A DNA stretch of 64,000 nucleotides from Lobosporangium transversale. Its lineage: Eukaryota. The notes below the pieces were generated by a model. The model saw nothing but the letters and a program-made list of their open reading frames with translations. It had not been told where the DNA came from and searched no databases. The stretch lies in NCBI RefSeq assembly GCF_002105155.1, contig NW_019029020.1, positions 1 through 64,000 of the forward strand. Reading direction: 5' to 3'. Each line of letters begins with the position of its first letter. The stretch's first letter is position 1. This document shows, piece after piece, positions 13,829 through 27,023 of the stretch. A program made the translations under genes and the position numbers.

Positions 13829-16800
13829 TTAATAGTTGCGTATCGATACGGCTGGAAACCTTTCATGTCTTGTAACACCTAGTGGTAATGGGCTAGGAGA
13901 ACGTTGGCGGCGATTAATGGCTGGCTCCCGAGCATGCCTCCGCCATTGATCACCTTGACTAACATTTTCTTCTTGCATTGACTGTAAATCATTGTTATCA
14001 TTAAAGTCCAGATCGATTAGCGGTGTATTGGTAGCCTCAGTCAGCTCTCTAGTCATGAGTTCGTCGTAAAGATCCATGATTGGCTCACTTGACTCTACTA
14101 CTGGAGCTGGCATAAAAGAGTCAAAAACTCCTCCCATCCGAGACCCCGACCCAGAGCTGTCATGACTAGAAGAGCGAGGTACGGAAGGATTCTGGTGAGA
14201 TTGTTGTTGACTGGTAACTGGAGGTTGAGACTGAGGCAAAGATTGAGTCAAATCGACAGGATTGTGATCGACTTGTTCCCAACTCTGTCGCTCAAGCTCT
14301 TGACTCTTCCTATCCTCCTGAAGAACAGCACCTGAAGTAGCACTAGCCTCGTCTCTCCCAATCTGGAGCCCCATCTCAAAATTCTTGATCATTTCCAGAT
14401 TCTCCATTTCTTCATGTCGTATCTCCAGATCAGCCCAAACCGCTAAAAGACATTTGCGACGCTCTTCTTCATTGCCATCGCCTCCCAGCAGATGTTTGAA
14501 AAGAACAGAGCCAATCTGAAGGGTCGGACAAAAAATGAGACCCAAGTTTGAAATGTTCATCTTGGTATGATGATCATAGTCCGCAAGATTAGAAAGGTGA
14601 CGGCAGAGTGTTCCCATAAGTAGATAGTTTTCTAAAGGTAAGAGGCGAAGGTTCTCTCTCAGCTTTCCAATAGATCGTGATTGGTCCTGATCTGAAAAGT
14701 CAATGTTGTTGAAGGCAGACATTGCGTCTAGTGGTATAATAGGAGAGGGCACTTAAAACAACAAAATATTGGCAACGTATACTGCGTTAATTTTCTTGAT
14801 ATCTATAGTCATCTCATATCAATACAAATAAACCATGATCTATCTTACATTCACGTAGGTAAAGCTTGAGCAAAGTCGCAACATCATGGGGATGCTGAGG
14901 CTGATTGCCCTTTTGTAAAAAGTCGTAGTCGTGGCCTACAATTAAAGTTTAGCTCATACTTATGAACGTCCAGTTACCCCTTTTATGAAGTAATACAATG
15001 TCTCATCATTTAAAAAACAATCCCAAACCCTTACCGCTATCGAACATAGTCTTGAGCCGAGCCACGTTCGAGGTACTTCCAGGCACGCGATAGAGTCCTA
15101 CCTCCTCAACACCCATGACATCTAAATACTCTATGCATCGTGTCACAACTGCTGGTACTCCTGTGGATGCCGATATCTTTGAGAGTCGAACAGCTTCCTC
15201 TAATGGGATGCCGAAAATCTGCGCCGCTGGACCAGGACCAGGATAGTCTGGTGTTCCATCATTGGCTCCATCGACTAATAGTTAACAAGCAGGCCAATAT
15301 AATGTTAAACAATCCAGAAGCTAGAATTATGCTAGCTTAATGTCTAAATAAAATCTTCATGTTCCTAGTCCTCTTACCTCGTCGCTTCCAGCGGTCTGCA
15401 AATCCCCCAGCAATGCCTCCCATGCCACCACGATCTTCCCATACTTTTTTAGCAATCCCGCCCCATTCTGCCCCCCGTGCTCGCCAAAGTGAGCTTTTTT
15501 CATATACAGCTTCAGCTAAATCTGCCTTCTTTTCTGCATAATTGATCTGTTTCATGCGCTCTGTCTGTCCCTGGGCTAATGCTTGTATTTTATGTAAAGA
15601 TGCAGCTAGCTTTTCTGATGCAGCTGTTCCTGAGGATCCGTCGTCCACTATATCCGCATATGGGTATGTGCCATTCCTTCCAGAATGTGGAGGCAGGTAG
15701 GTTGGTGAAACTAGAGGAGCGCTAGTACATCCTTTGTTATTCAAGAGCCCAAATCCATCATTATCAAATAATGTGGTTTGTGTTGTTGGTGATCTGCTTG
15801 ATTGTGAAACCGCCATAGTCAGGGATGTAGATGCCTTGGCATCCGATACAGATCTAAGTCTCGATCGTGCGCCGATCAATGTTGGGTTGGTTCCTGTTGC
15901 ACTATCAAATTGTCTTTCAGATGTAGTTGGTGTAGCCAATGACTCTGAACCAACATTGGGGTGCGACTTGGACATATGTGGGGGTGGAGACGAAGGTTGC
16001 TCCCGCATTTGGCTCTGCAACCATTGCTGCTGCTGCAAAGTCGATAATGGTTCTATAGGATTAAAAGGAGCATTCAAAGAGGACTCTTGAGATCTAGGCT
16101 TTTTGGCGGGAGGGGTTGGTGGCGTTAGTGGTTGTACTTGTGTTTGTGACGCGATCGCGAATGCATTGTTCGCCGCGATAGATTTAGGTTTGACAGACTC
16201 CTGAGATTGATTGGCGCTAGGTATCTTTTTGTGGGCCGTTGATGGAGATGCAGATGATGATGTTGTTGTTGTCGATGATGATAGTGCAACATGTGACGGC
16301 GTTGGTATAGATGGTAGAGAAGTTGACGAGCGTGCAGGGGCTTCGGTTTTTGAAAGGAGCGGGACCGACTGCAAACTTAAAGGTTTTGCTTTAGGTTGGG
16401 GTGCAAGCGATATCCTTTTAGGTTTCGGGGGGGGCATTGGTGCTTCTGAAGCCTGTGAAGAGACTTCCTGCTTATTGAACGAAGAGCTTGAGCCATTGTT
16501 ATTACTCTTGCTATTGTTGTTGGCTGTAGTGGCAATACTTTGGTTCGTGTATTTATTGTGGCTACTTGTTGGTTTTGGAGGAATGCCAGGTGGTCCCTGA
16601 GGGTTTCCTGCTCGTCTCTCAATTGGCCCTGTAGCTGACCTAGATTCTGCGTTCGGCAGCTGCAATTCGGCTGATACAGTTGCTATAGGAATACTACTGA
16701 GGTATCCTCCTGTCTCTGCTAGAATTGTTTTCTGAGCTGAACGAGGTATGGGAACGGGTGCCCTTGTGGCGAGTGAATGTGGGATGTGTACATTGATCAT

Positions 16801-16893
16801 GACTCCATTGTTTGGAGGAATTGATTTAGTAGGGTTAGAAGAAGCACGACTTCGTGTTGGTTTTGGAGGAGGTTTGACTTCGGAGAGAGCCAT
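13829..16893 (-). CDS. Rho GTPase-activating protein with a long Pro/Ser-rich N-terminus
   Basis: Motifs IFGIPLEEAV...VPAVVTRCIEYL...EEVGLYRVPGS (arginine finger), HDVATLLKLYLRE, LPLENYLLMGTLCRHL, KMNISNLGLIFCPTL. Start MALSEVKPPPKP at 16893. Confidence 0.88.
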
Positions 16894-17889
16894 GGCATTG
16901 GGTTGATTCCAATGAGAGTGAAAGTGAATGAATGTAATAAAGAGTGTCCGAATGGAATGGCGGGAACGATACGAGGGTCTTAAAGACAAGACAATGGGGG
17001 GTTAACTTACAAGGTCAGTCAAAAACAAAAAAAAAAGGAGTGCAATTGAGCACAGACAGCTACCCGTGACGCAGAATTGTCCATCGTTCTCAAAGTCATT
17101 TAGTTATAACTTGGTGTACTTTATTTTCTGCATTCATAGTAGTAGTCGAGGAAACACATCGCGTTTTCTTCTCTTGAACCACCCGTGTCTTCTGATATTT
17201 GAATCGAAGATTGAAGTCCTTCCTCTTCAAAGAGTCAATGGCGCTTCAAACCTTCATCTATCCAGCTATGGCCATTCCATCTGTAAACATGTTTCGTCAT
17301 GGGTTAAAAGGAAAAGGAGAACACCGACATTTGGTTGCACAAAGAGCTCATTTGTCGGATCAGACAAACAAAGTATATGTACAGTCGATACTGTGTACAG
17401 TACATTAACGGCGTCAATGAGAACCTGTTATTGGAGGCATAAAAGAAATACCAATGATTAAAACTTCAAGGTATATTCCCATTAACAAGAATGAGGCTGT
17501 GTTTATTTACCTATCCTCATTACAGGCGCAGCTACTTGATCAGTTGGAGGTGCAGTAGTTCGAGCAAGTCGAATGTGCTTAAGGCGCAGTATTGCAGAAG
17601 AATGAAGATTCTATTTCTTTTCTTTTTTGTTCCATCTAGAAAGGTCTAGCCTAATCGCTATGGCGCTGGTTCAAATGAAACACACAAAACTGTAGTCTAC
17701 CATTGAAAAAGAGACAAATGGAAAGTGAGAGAAGCCTGTGTGAAAATGTCGAGTTGAATCTCCCACACTAACGAATAGTTCAAGCCCAAGAGCGTTGGTG
17801 CCGGAGCCATTTTAAGCTAGAGAAAAGAACATTGAGACTCAGTTTTGACACAAAAACAATGAAAAAAAAAACTTTTTTGGACATGTGTA

Positions 17890-17955
17890 TTATGATTGGT
17901 CAAAAAGCCTTTAGAAAGAAAAATTATTCAACAGTCACATATGCATATAAAATAT
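17890..17955 (+). promoter_or_regulatory. Putative TEF1 core promoter (reverse CCAAT box and TATA box)
   Basis: GATTGG near 17894 and CATATAAAA near 17944, followed by a pyrimidine-rich stretch (~17979-18005) just before the 5'-UTR intron donor. Confidence 0.5.
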
Positions 17956-18014
17956 CCCCTTGGGCATGCGGCCGTGTGCCTCTTCCCTTTCACTTCAACT
18001 TTTCGTTCTGACAA

Positions 18015-18593
18015 GTAAGTTCTATTAGCTGATGAATTTAATGTTGTTTGTTGTCGTACGCACTATTTTATTTTTTGTGTACCTTCACCTACCTATGTTT
18101 TGCCCATCCTTGAATCTATCTGTCTATTTATCCATCCATCCATCCATCCATCTATTTTCTTGATCCATCCATCCCCTTTCGATCTGCTCTTTTTTGCTGC
18201 TATCTTCATGAAAAACCGTTATTGTCATTTTAGTATGTTTCACAGGAGCTTGCTGCTGCAAATACACACTTTAGAAATGAGATTTGAGAGGGCCATCTTT
18301 CTTGTATCCTATGTCCTTGGAGGTTGTAGCGATCAAAAAAGACTTGGGGTTTTGTTTCTACGTTAGTGCTATTTTTAAAGCTTGGAGCAGCAGCAGCTTT
18401 TTCTGTTGAGTTTTTTTTTTTTCTCTTTTCTTCGGACATACCAATTTTGCTTTTTTGGATTCTTCGCTGTTTTGCCCCTTCCCGTGCCCCCAAAAATATT
18501 TTTTTTTCTCAAGCAAACCTTACCCAGGTCATATGCTCTCTTGATTGGATAGAATATCTAACCTCAATTTTTTTTCTCTTATTTCTGCATTAG
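18015..18593 (+). other. Probable 5'-UTR intron of TEF1
   Basis: Donor GTAAGT at 18015; pyrimidine tract and TAG acceptor ending at 18593, 1 nt before the ATG at 18595. Confidence 0.6.
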
Positions 18594-18594
18594 T

Positions 18595-19977
18595 ATGGGT
18601 AAAGAAAAGACTCACGTTAACGTCGTCGTTATTGGACACGTCGATTCCGGCAAGTCCACCACCACTGGTCACTTGATCTACAAGTGCGGTGGTATCGACA
18701 AGCGTACCATCGAGAAGTTCGAGAAGGAGGCCGCTGAGCTCGGAAAGGGCTCTTTCAAGTACGCCTGGGTTCTTGACAAGCTCAAGGCTGAGCGTGAGCG
18801 TGGTATTACCATCGATATTGCCCTCTGGAAGTTCGAGACCCCCAAGTACTACGTCACCGTCATTGACGCTCCCGGACATCGTGATTTCATCAAGAACATG
18901 ATTACTGGTACCTCCCAGGCTGACTGCGCCATTCTCATTATTGCTGCTGGTACTGGTGAGTTCGAGGCTGGTATTTCCAAGGAAGGTCAGACCCGTGAGC
19001 ACGCTCTCCTTGCCTTCACCCTTGGTGTCAAGCAGCTCATTGTTGCCATCAACAAGATGGACTCCACCAAGTGGAACAAGGAGCGTTTCGAGGAAATCGT
19101 CAAGGAAGTTTCCACCTTCGTCAAGAAGGTCGGTTACAACCCCAAGGCTGTTGCCTTCGTCCCCATTTCTGGCTGGCACGGAGACAACATGTTGGAGGAG
19201 TCCGTCAACATGCCCTGGTACAAGGGATGGGTCAAGGAGACCAAGGGTGGTGAAGTCAAGGGTAGGACTCTCTTGGATGCCATTGATGCCATCGAGCCCC
19301 CAGCTCGCCCCACCGACAAGCCCCTCCGTCTTCCTCTCCAGGATGTCTACAAGATTGGCGGTATCGGAACAGTGCCGGTCGGTCGTGTTGAGACCGGTAT
19401 CATCAAGGCCGGTATGGTTGTCACCTTCGCTCCCACCAACGTCACCACTGAAGTCAAGTCCGTCGAAATGCACCACGAAGTCCTCACTGAGGGTATTCCC
19501 GGTGACAACGTCGGATTCAACGTCAAGAACGTCTCTGTCAAGGATATTCGCCGTGGTAACGTCTGCTCTGACTCCAAGAACGACCCCGCCAAGGAGGCTG
19601 CTTCCTTCAACGCTCAGGTTATCGTCTTGAACCACCCTGGTCAGATCTCGAACGGATATGCTCCCGTTTTGGACTGCCACACTGCCCACATTGCCTGCAA
19701 GTTCTCTGAGATTCTTGAGAAGATTGATCGCCGTACCGGTAAGGCCACCGAGGAGTTCCCCAAGTTCATCAAGTCTGGTGATGCTGCCATCGTCAAGATG
19801 GTTCCCTCCAAGCCTCTCTGCGTTGAGACTTTCCAGGAGTACCCCCCTCTTGGACGTTTCGCCGTCCGTGATATGCGTCAGACCGTTGCTGTCGGTGTCA
19901 TCAAGTCCGTTGAGAAGACTGATGGCAAGGGCGGTAAGGTCACCAAGGCTGCCCAGAAGGCTGGTGGCAAGAAGTAA
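18595..19977 (+). CDS. TEF1: Translation elongation factor 1-alpha (intronless CDS)
   Basis: 460-aa [58 protein letters not shown]. Strong codon bias. Confidence 0.99.
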   Translation: MGKEKTHVNVVVIGHVDSGKSTTTGHLIYKCGGIDKRTIEKFEKEAAELGKGSFKYAWVLDKLKAERERGITIDIALWKFETPKYYVTVIDAPGHRDFIKNMITGTSQADCAILIIAAGTGEFEAGISKEGQTREHALLAFTLGVKQLIVAINKMDSTKWNKERFEEIVKEVSTFVKKVGYNPKAVAFVPISGWHGDNMLEESVNMPWYKGWVKETKGGEVKGRTLLDAIDAIEPPARPTDKPLRLPLQDVYKIGGIGTVPVGRVETGIIKAGMVVTFAPTNVTTEVKSVEMHHEVLTEGIPGDNVGFNVKNVSVKDIRRGNVCSDSKNDPAKEAASFNAQVIVLNHPGQISNGYAPVLDCHTAHIACKFSEILEKIDRRTGKATEEFPKFIKSGDAAIVKMVPSKPLCVETFQEYPPLGRFAVRDMRQTVAVGVIKSVEKTDGKGGKVTKAAQKAGGKK

Positions 19978-20193
19978 ATAATTTGCTCCATAGGATACTT
20001 CACACTCTTCTCAAAAATCGCCCATCCAAAATGGTTGTTTTGTATTAAAATTGAACGAACGAATAAATGCATTTTTTATCAGTACTTTTATATTTTTATT
20101 TTTTGACTAAGACAACCTTTTGTGGTATGTATAACACATTGTCATTTTTATTGAAATGGATGTAATCATTTGCTTCTACAAAATCGATCTGGT

Positions 20194-21408
20194 TTACTCG
20201 TAGAAACGATAGCCAGGATGAGCATCGGTTGCATCCTTCTGATCACTTTCCTTCTCGAACTCCTCTGGTGTGAGTTGATCCCGTCGCTTGTTCTCTCGCC
20301 TGAGTAGAAACTTCAAACCAAGAATAAGGATAGAGTTGATGAACATGAGCACGGCATTGATGGTGTGTCCACGGACGTAGAGGGGAGCTATTGGAGGTAG
20401 AGGAGTTATTGGACTTTTTAGTTTAAATCATGCATCATCCACCACTCACAAAAAAAGAAAATATTCATGGAAGTCATTGGAATACTCACCATCGTCCTCA
20501 CGATAGATTTGCCCGCCAATGATACCCCCGACTTGTGACACGGCGATGATGAAACCAATGGCGACGCCCTTTTTGGTATGGCCACCAAAATTGCCACTTG
20601 GCCAGCATAGATGAAGAGGAATTGCAGCATACACTCCACAAGCACAGATAACAAGACTGACATATCGCACTATGGTCGAGGAATGGCTTGTAAGGATCAG
20701 AAGAACAAATCCCGCCGCCATGAGAAAAGTTGTTGCAAAGACATGAAAACCTCGTTCTTGAAGTCGATCAGATGAAATTGCAAACAGAAGGGTAGCCACA
20801 CATGCGACCACGAAAACTGGCGCGGTCATGATCTGAGTCGTCACATGGCTTTGTTAAGATTTAAAAAAAAAAAGAAGAATGGATTGTTATTAAAGAGAGA
20901 ATAAACGATAACAAAAAAAATAGAAGAAAAGAAAAAGAAAAACCAGTTAAGGAAGGATCTTTACTCATATCCGAAACCCATGGTAATGGATGGGACAAAC
21001 AAGCCCACAGAAGCAAAAGCAACATTATGGAGCAGCAAAAGCAACGTATGCGCATAAATCTTCCAATCTTTAAAGGCTGCCCAGAGTTGCTTCCAGGAGA
21101 AGGCAGTGTCCGTGGCAGGACCAGCGTCGAGCTTTAATCTTTGGATTGTCAAGGCCTTTTCTTCAGGAGTTAACAAGCGAGAATTTTCAGGGAGACCTGG
21201 TAGGAGCCACAATGCTAACAAAGCACAAAGGATAGTAGGCAGACCTTCTAAAATAAAGATCCATTGCCATGCCTTCAATCCCCCCGCCGTATGGAGTTGT
21301 GCAATTGCGTAAGCGATCAGTCCACCAAACGCTCCTGCAATTGTCGCAGCTGAGAAGTAGATGCCGATTCTGAGCGCGTGCTCGCATCTGCGGTACCATA
21401 GAGAGATG

Positions 21409-21450
<42 letters not shown>

Positions 21451-22790
21451 ATAAATATATATATATATATAAATAAATAAATAAGTAAAGAGAGAGTGGA
21501 GAGTAAGCGATACGTAAGTGTGCATTGAAAAAGCTTATTGATGCATGCTTCAAGGGATATCTGGAATCTACTTACATACACAGGAGCCGGTGCAAATCCC
21601 TGCATATGGTAAAAAAAAAAAAAAAAAAAAAAAGGTTAGAAAGTTGAGATGACGCTAAAAATGAAACACGCGTACATCTTACACACATGCCAAAAAATTC
21701 CCCTTTTTGACAAGTGAGTAACATTCCGCATAATACGCATAATAAACAACAACACCAAACCAAACAATCCATGTCCATAAACGGTTTTAAACAAAAAATA
21801 TTACCGATTCTGCCAATCCAAGGAAGAAGCGCGTAGCAATCAGCCCTGCTCCATCAGTGATCGCTGCCATACACATCGACACAACGCCCCAGGCGGTCAT
21901 CACCATGAAAACCCATATTCTTGGCCCTATTTTCTTTAGCTAAATTATTCCGTAAGGAAGAGGAAGAAGAAAAAGAAAAAGAAAAAGAAAAAGACAAAGA
22001 CAAAGAGAAAATAGATATATTTCAATAAGCAAGCCTTGTTCACTCCTTCGCTATTTAAAGAGTATCTTCTATGCTCAATAAAAGATAAAAAACTTACTGC
22101 AACGTTGGCAGGAACATCACCTTAAAACAAAAACAAGGTCAAAGTTTAGGGGTGAGGTGGATAACACAGATGATAATATGTATAAGATGTATAAGAGTTT
22201 GAGCTGCTCAAACATGCTACAGTCCATACTAACATATGAAAAAAAAAAAAAAAAAAAAAAAAAGTTGTTACCCAAAATATAGCCGACGTAAAAAACACTG
22301 AGTGCAACGTTATAAACGCCTGGTTCGAGGTTTAAGTCCTTATCAAGATGGGCTACTTTCGCATTGCCTGTCCGTCCATAATGTTGAACAAGTAGAAAAA
22401 TAGTAGAGACAAGAAAAGAAGGCGGTTCATCATTAATATAAAAATAATAATAATAATAATAATAAAAAAAAATTGATGTTTCACAATACCAATGTTGGAT
22501 CGATCCAAATATGAACACAAGTAAAGAAGTCCTAGCAATGGTATAAGACGTCGATCGACCTTCCATCGTACTCTCCGTACTTCTTTTGAATCGTGATCAA
22601 AGCAGTCATCAGACATCGTTTCCTGATCAAGATGAGCGTCCTCTACGTCTTTCATTTCTTCTATAACACTAGGTATAAAATATTTCGGCTCCTTATCGAT
22701 GTTACTACTTTGATTACATTGTTGCTGTTGTTGATGTGCAGGAGGGCTAGCGCCTTCTCTTTTGTCATTGAGGGATGTGCTGATCTCCAT
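20194..22790 (-). CDS. MFS transporter, anion:cation symporter / allantoate-nicotinate permease family (paralog 1, ~8 exons)
   Basis: Motifs WKVDRRLIPLLGLLYLCSYLDRSNIGNAKV, RFFLGLAES, ISLWY, AGAFGGLIAY, WQWIFILEGLPT, SSDRLQERG, GGHTKKG, HPGYRFYE*. Confidence 0.9.
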
Positions 22791-23326
22791 GTTTTGTGCG
22801 GGCCAATGGTTTGGAGGGGAGTGAAGTTGAGGACTGGGGAGATGGAGGGAGGAGAATACCAAAGAAAGAAGACGAAACGAAATAAATATGTTTAAAAAAA
22901 TATATATCTTAATAAAATATAGACACTGGCTTCGAAGCAGGAGGCTCATGAGATCACCTCCTACAATTATTTTTGTAAACGATTGTAAACGATCTATTCA
23001 AGGGTTCAGCTGTGAGGAAATCGGAGCAATTTTTTTTTTTTTTAGCCACTATTCAAAGGACACCTGCATAGTTGCATACTGGAATTGATGCTTTACTTTT
23101 CTATCCACATGCACAGCATGTACTTATGCACATGTATATTTCAACTGAAAGAAAAGAAAATGTACTGCTTGCTGATTAAGCAATGCTCATAGATCTGCAT
23201 CCTCAAAGTAACAATGCAGGTAGTTTATTTGTTACGTATATCATTTACTAAAAAAAAAAAAGGTGCTTGAAAGCTATGTACAGAATTATATCGGAAAGAT
23301 AGTGTCCTCTCTCTTTCTCTTTTTTT

Positions 23327-24961
23327 TTACGTATAATAAGTAAAGCCAGGGTGGTTGTCACACAGGTCTTCGCCCTCAGCTTCTCTTGCATACTCTTCGG
23401 GGGTCAGATTGGCGCGACGTTTGTTCTCACGTTGCAAAAAGTACTTCATTACCAAGATCAAGACTCCAGAAATCCCCATCATGCAAGCACAGATGGTATG
23501 TCCGCGGACAAACCCATTTTTAGCATCCGGGGCCCTGTAGATTTGTCCTCCAATAGCTCCTCCGATGTTTCCAAACGAAATAATAGCGGCCGTAGCAACT
23601 CCACGCTTTGTATGGCCTCCGATGTTGGTTGTGAACCAAGACAGCATTGGGGGCACAGATGAGAAGACACCAATTGCAGTAATAGTCAAGCTCACATAAC
23701 GAACGATTGTCGATGAATCCTTTGTAATGATCAAAAGAATATATCCAAGGCAACCGAGGAAAGTAGGAAGAGAATAATGCAAGCCACGCTCGCGGAAACG
23801 ATCTGATGAAAAGGCGCAGATGATTGTAAAGAGGCAGGCAATGATATATGCGGGAGCTGTCATAGCCTGTGTTGTCAAAGGGCTAATAAGAAAAAGGTTT
23901 GTAAAGTCTTAGTATAGGCTGTTGAACATTTTTTTTTTTTTTTATCTTTCAACAAAAAGAAATGTATAGCAAAACAAACTTACCTAAACTTAAAACCTTG
24001 GACAATGGATGGGAAGAAGAGGGAGAGAGAGTAGAGAGGCGTTGCATTGAGGATGTAGGTAATCATATGCATATACACTTTCCAGTCAATGAACACTGCG
24101 CGGAACTGTTTCCACGAGAACTCAGTCTGAGTAGCTGGACCTGCATCGATGACCAGACGCTTAACAGCCAGCTCCTTCTCAGTATTGTTCAAAAAATAGG
24201 CCGTGGCAGGGAAATCAGGCAGGTAGAAGAACACAACAATTGTCAGCAGAACTGTAGGCAAACCTTCCAGAATGAAAATCCATTGCCATCCTATTTGAAA
24301 TTTACACATAAAAACCCTGTTAGACAAAAAATAAATTGCTTCAAATCTCGCTTGTTCCTTGCCGTTCTTGTTTGCTTTCCTGATTTACAGACATTACCAT
24401 GAAGACCCTGAATACCATCCATTTGCGCAATTCCATAAGCCAAGACACCCCCAAAGGCACCTGCCATAGTCGCTGTACTGAAGAACAATCCATTACGAAG
24501 GGCTTGTTCCGAACGAGTGTACCAGAGTGAAATCAAGTAAACCGAGCCTGGGAAGAGTCCTGATTCAGCCAACCCAAGGAAGAAACGAGCTGCAAGTAAT
24601 CCAGCTGCATTCGTGACAGCAGCCATGGCCATCATGATAGTTCCCCATGCAATCATCACAATCGTAATCCATTTTCTTGGCCCCATCTTCTTGAGCAAAA
24701 TGTTTGAGGGAATTTCAAAAAGGACATATCTATTTTTTGTTTGTTTTGTGAAACGTTGTTAGTGGGAAAAAAAACTCTAGTAACAAGAAAGTCCAAAGGA
24801 TCAAGTCGCATGTCTATTTTCTCCCTTATGCAGTTGCTTTTTTTTTTTTCTTTCTTCCTTACCCAATGAAGAAGATAGAAAGGGCCCAGTTGTACTCACT
24901 TGGAGTAAGGGCAACATCGTCTTCCAGACCAGCCACCTTTGCATTTCCTGTTGAATTTATT

Positions 24962-24998
<37 letters not shown>

Positions 24999-25289
24999 TT
25001 TATTTATTTAGCTGATAGAAGATAATCATTTTTATTAACCTACCAAAAAAAAAAAAAAAAAAAAAAGAGTGAAAGCCTCACCGATATTGACACGATCCAA
25101 AAATGAGCAAAGGTATAGCACTGAGATCAATGGGATTAAATGCCAATCAATTTTTCTTCTTAGTTTACTAACGGCAATAGGGTCAATTTCATCAGACGTG
25201 ACGCTATAGGCACGCTCAGCGTCGGCAACGTCGGCGATCTCCTGCTTCTCCGAAGCATATTGGGGTGTTTTGTTGTCAATAGTACTCAT
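23327..25289 (-). CDS. MFS transporter, ACS / allantoate-nicotinate permease family (paralog 2, 5 exons)
   Basis: Motifs RKIDWHLIPLISVLYLCSFLDRVNIGNAKV, EIPSNILLKKMGPRKW, RFFLGLAESGLFPG, WQWIFILEGLPT, SSDRFRERG, GGHTKRG, HPGFTYYT*. Confidence 0.92.
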
Positions 25290-25384
25290 GGTACGATTAA
25301 ATCCGTGCTCCAATGTCCTGCTGTTGAGAGATGGGTATATGTATTATGGTAGGGGTAAAAGCAAGAGGAGCTGCACGAAAGATG

Positions 25385-25440
25385 GGAGAAGGCAAAGGAG
25401 AAGAGAGTGGAGAAGACAAAGGAGAAGAGAGTGGAGAAGA
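25385..25440. repeat. 24-bp purine-rich tandem repeat (~2.3 copies) upstream of MFS paralog 2
   Basis: GGAGAAGGCAAAGGAGAAGAGAGT / GGAGAAGACAAAGGAGAAGAGAGT / GGAGAAGA. Confidence 0.8.
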
Positions 25441-26986
25441 AGTAATAAAAATATTCTCCCAGTGATATGGCGACGAAAGTTTGACTGTCCGATCTTTGGT
25501 TTTATACATTCATCGTCGTACGCACTGAATGACACGGGGCGCACTTAGTAGATCAGAAGAGGCGCTAGTTTGGGAAGCACAAGCTTAATCATCTCGATCA
25601 TGTATATGGCTATAGAAGGCCCAACGGCGATTTCATTCGAAATCATAAAAAAAACCCCCAAAGTCAAAGAAGACAGATTACTGTAAATTTTTATTATGAG
25701 CATGATGTGATGAATATGAGTCTAATTTTCCATATCAATCCTATATGATTGTGGGTAAAAAAGAGAGCATGCTTTTGCAGCGGGCTGGTGGATGAAGTCC
25801 GATTGGGGGAAATGGCGCCTGTAAGAATATCGCCATTTCATATGACACATTCCACACAGCCATCGGAGACTCTCTCTTCTCTCTGATAGTCATAGCATGT
25901 ACATGTAGTTGCTCTTACTCCATGTTAGATTCAGGATTCAAAGATACGGAGAAGGCCAGCCCTGTGTCCAGATGTGTTTCTCTTGTTTCGCCTACTCTTA
26001 TATCTTCTATTTTGGTTCCTGATGCCTTGTGGTATTCGGTGCCCTGAAAAAAAAAGAGACCACAGTTCTTGATAAAAGAAAACTGACTGGCAATGTCCCA
26101 ATCACCTAATCAGTTCTCATCAATTCTTAATATTTAAGGAATAGTCCTTTTTAGTCAATAATCCATACATTATTTATTGAGAGTCAAACGATACGGGCGA
26201 TACAACTCTCAAAGAGCTTCAGGTTAGGGAGTAAACAAAAGAAGGTTGACAGCCAAGGTTTCACCAACTGTTAAGTATTACAGGTAATGTTTTTGATCCC
26301 CTGCTCCTTGGTAGTGAAAACCCCTATTCCCCGCTTATTATAAAATACAGAGAATTAGCCTCTGTAAAAGACCTCTTTCATTGGTCCATTAGAGGAATGC
26401 TTTCAGAGCTGTTGTATTCATTTGTTAGGGTCAGATCTGTGAAGTATTCCTTTTTGAGAAGTGTTTGTTAGAGCTTGTCTATTGGTCAACGAAAATGCCA
26501 TTCTCTCAAGCAGACAGATTTAAGTAGTCTCGATAGGCATCAAAATATGATTAACAGTTACTATCATCTCATACCACGACATCTGCTCGTCCTGGGAATT
26601 GATGTGGCTCTGCACGCGTCCAGACCCGCTTGATATGCTTTGTAACTTTACAACGGTCATTAGCCAATCACTTTTCTTAATGCGATCTTGGGAAAACGCT
26701 CACTGCGCAGTTAAGTCCAGTCATATGCAGATGCCAATGTATATGTAGTGTTGCTTGGATTCATTGACACCAGTACCACCACTTAGCACCACCGACTCAA
26801 AGTTCGGTGCTGCTGTTCTCAGTTATATAGAAGCACCATCAGATTTTACAATGTCAATGCAGATGTGTTTATGAATGAAAGAAGTAATAAAAGTAAGAGG
26901 TTCAAAGACTAATACAATTAAACAATTAAAAAAGGAGCCAACTATAGACTAGCTGATGAGTAAAACTACACTTGTTGCTTTGGTCT

Positions 26987-27016
<30 letters not shown>

Positions 27017-27023
<7 letters not shown>

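Noticed and set aside
17066..17461. 131-aa plus-strand ORF between the RhoGAP and TEF1
   Set aside because: It has a non-ATG start and no motifs. Minus-strand splice-like signals suggest it is part of the RhoGAP 5' UTR.
18529..19689. 386-aa antisense ORF and alternative-frame ORFs over TEF1
   Set aside because: These are an expected by-product of extreme codon bias in a highly expressed gene; they show no independent features.
25550..26990. Intergenic stretch with balanced composition, possibly a decayed transposon or small gene
   Set aside because: No ORF of 60 aa or more, no terminal repeats and no recognisable motifs; it cannot be supported without a search.
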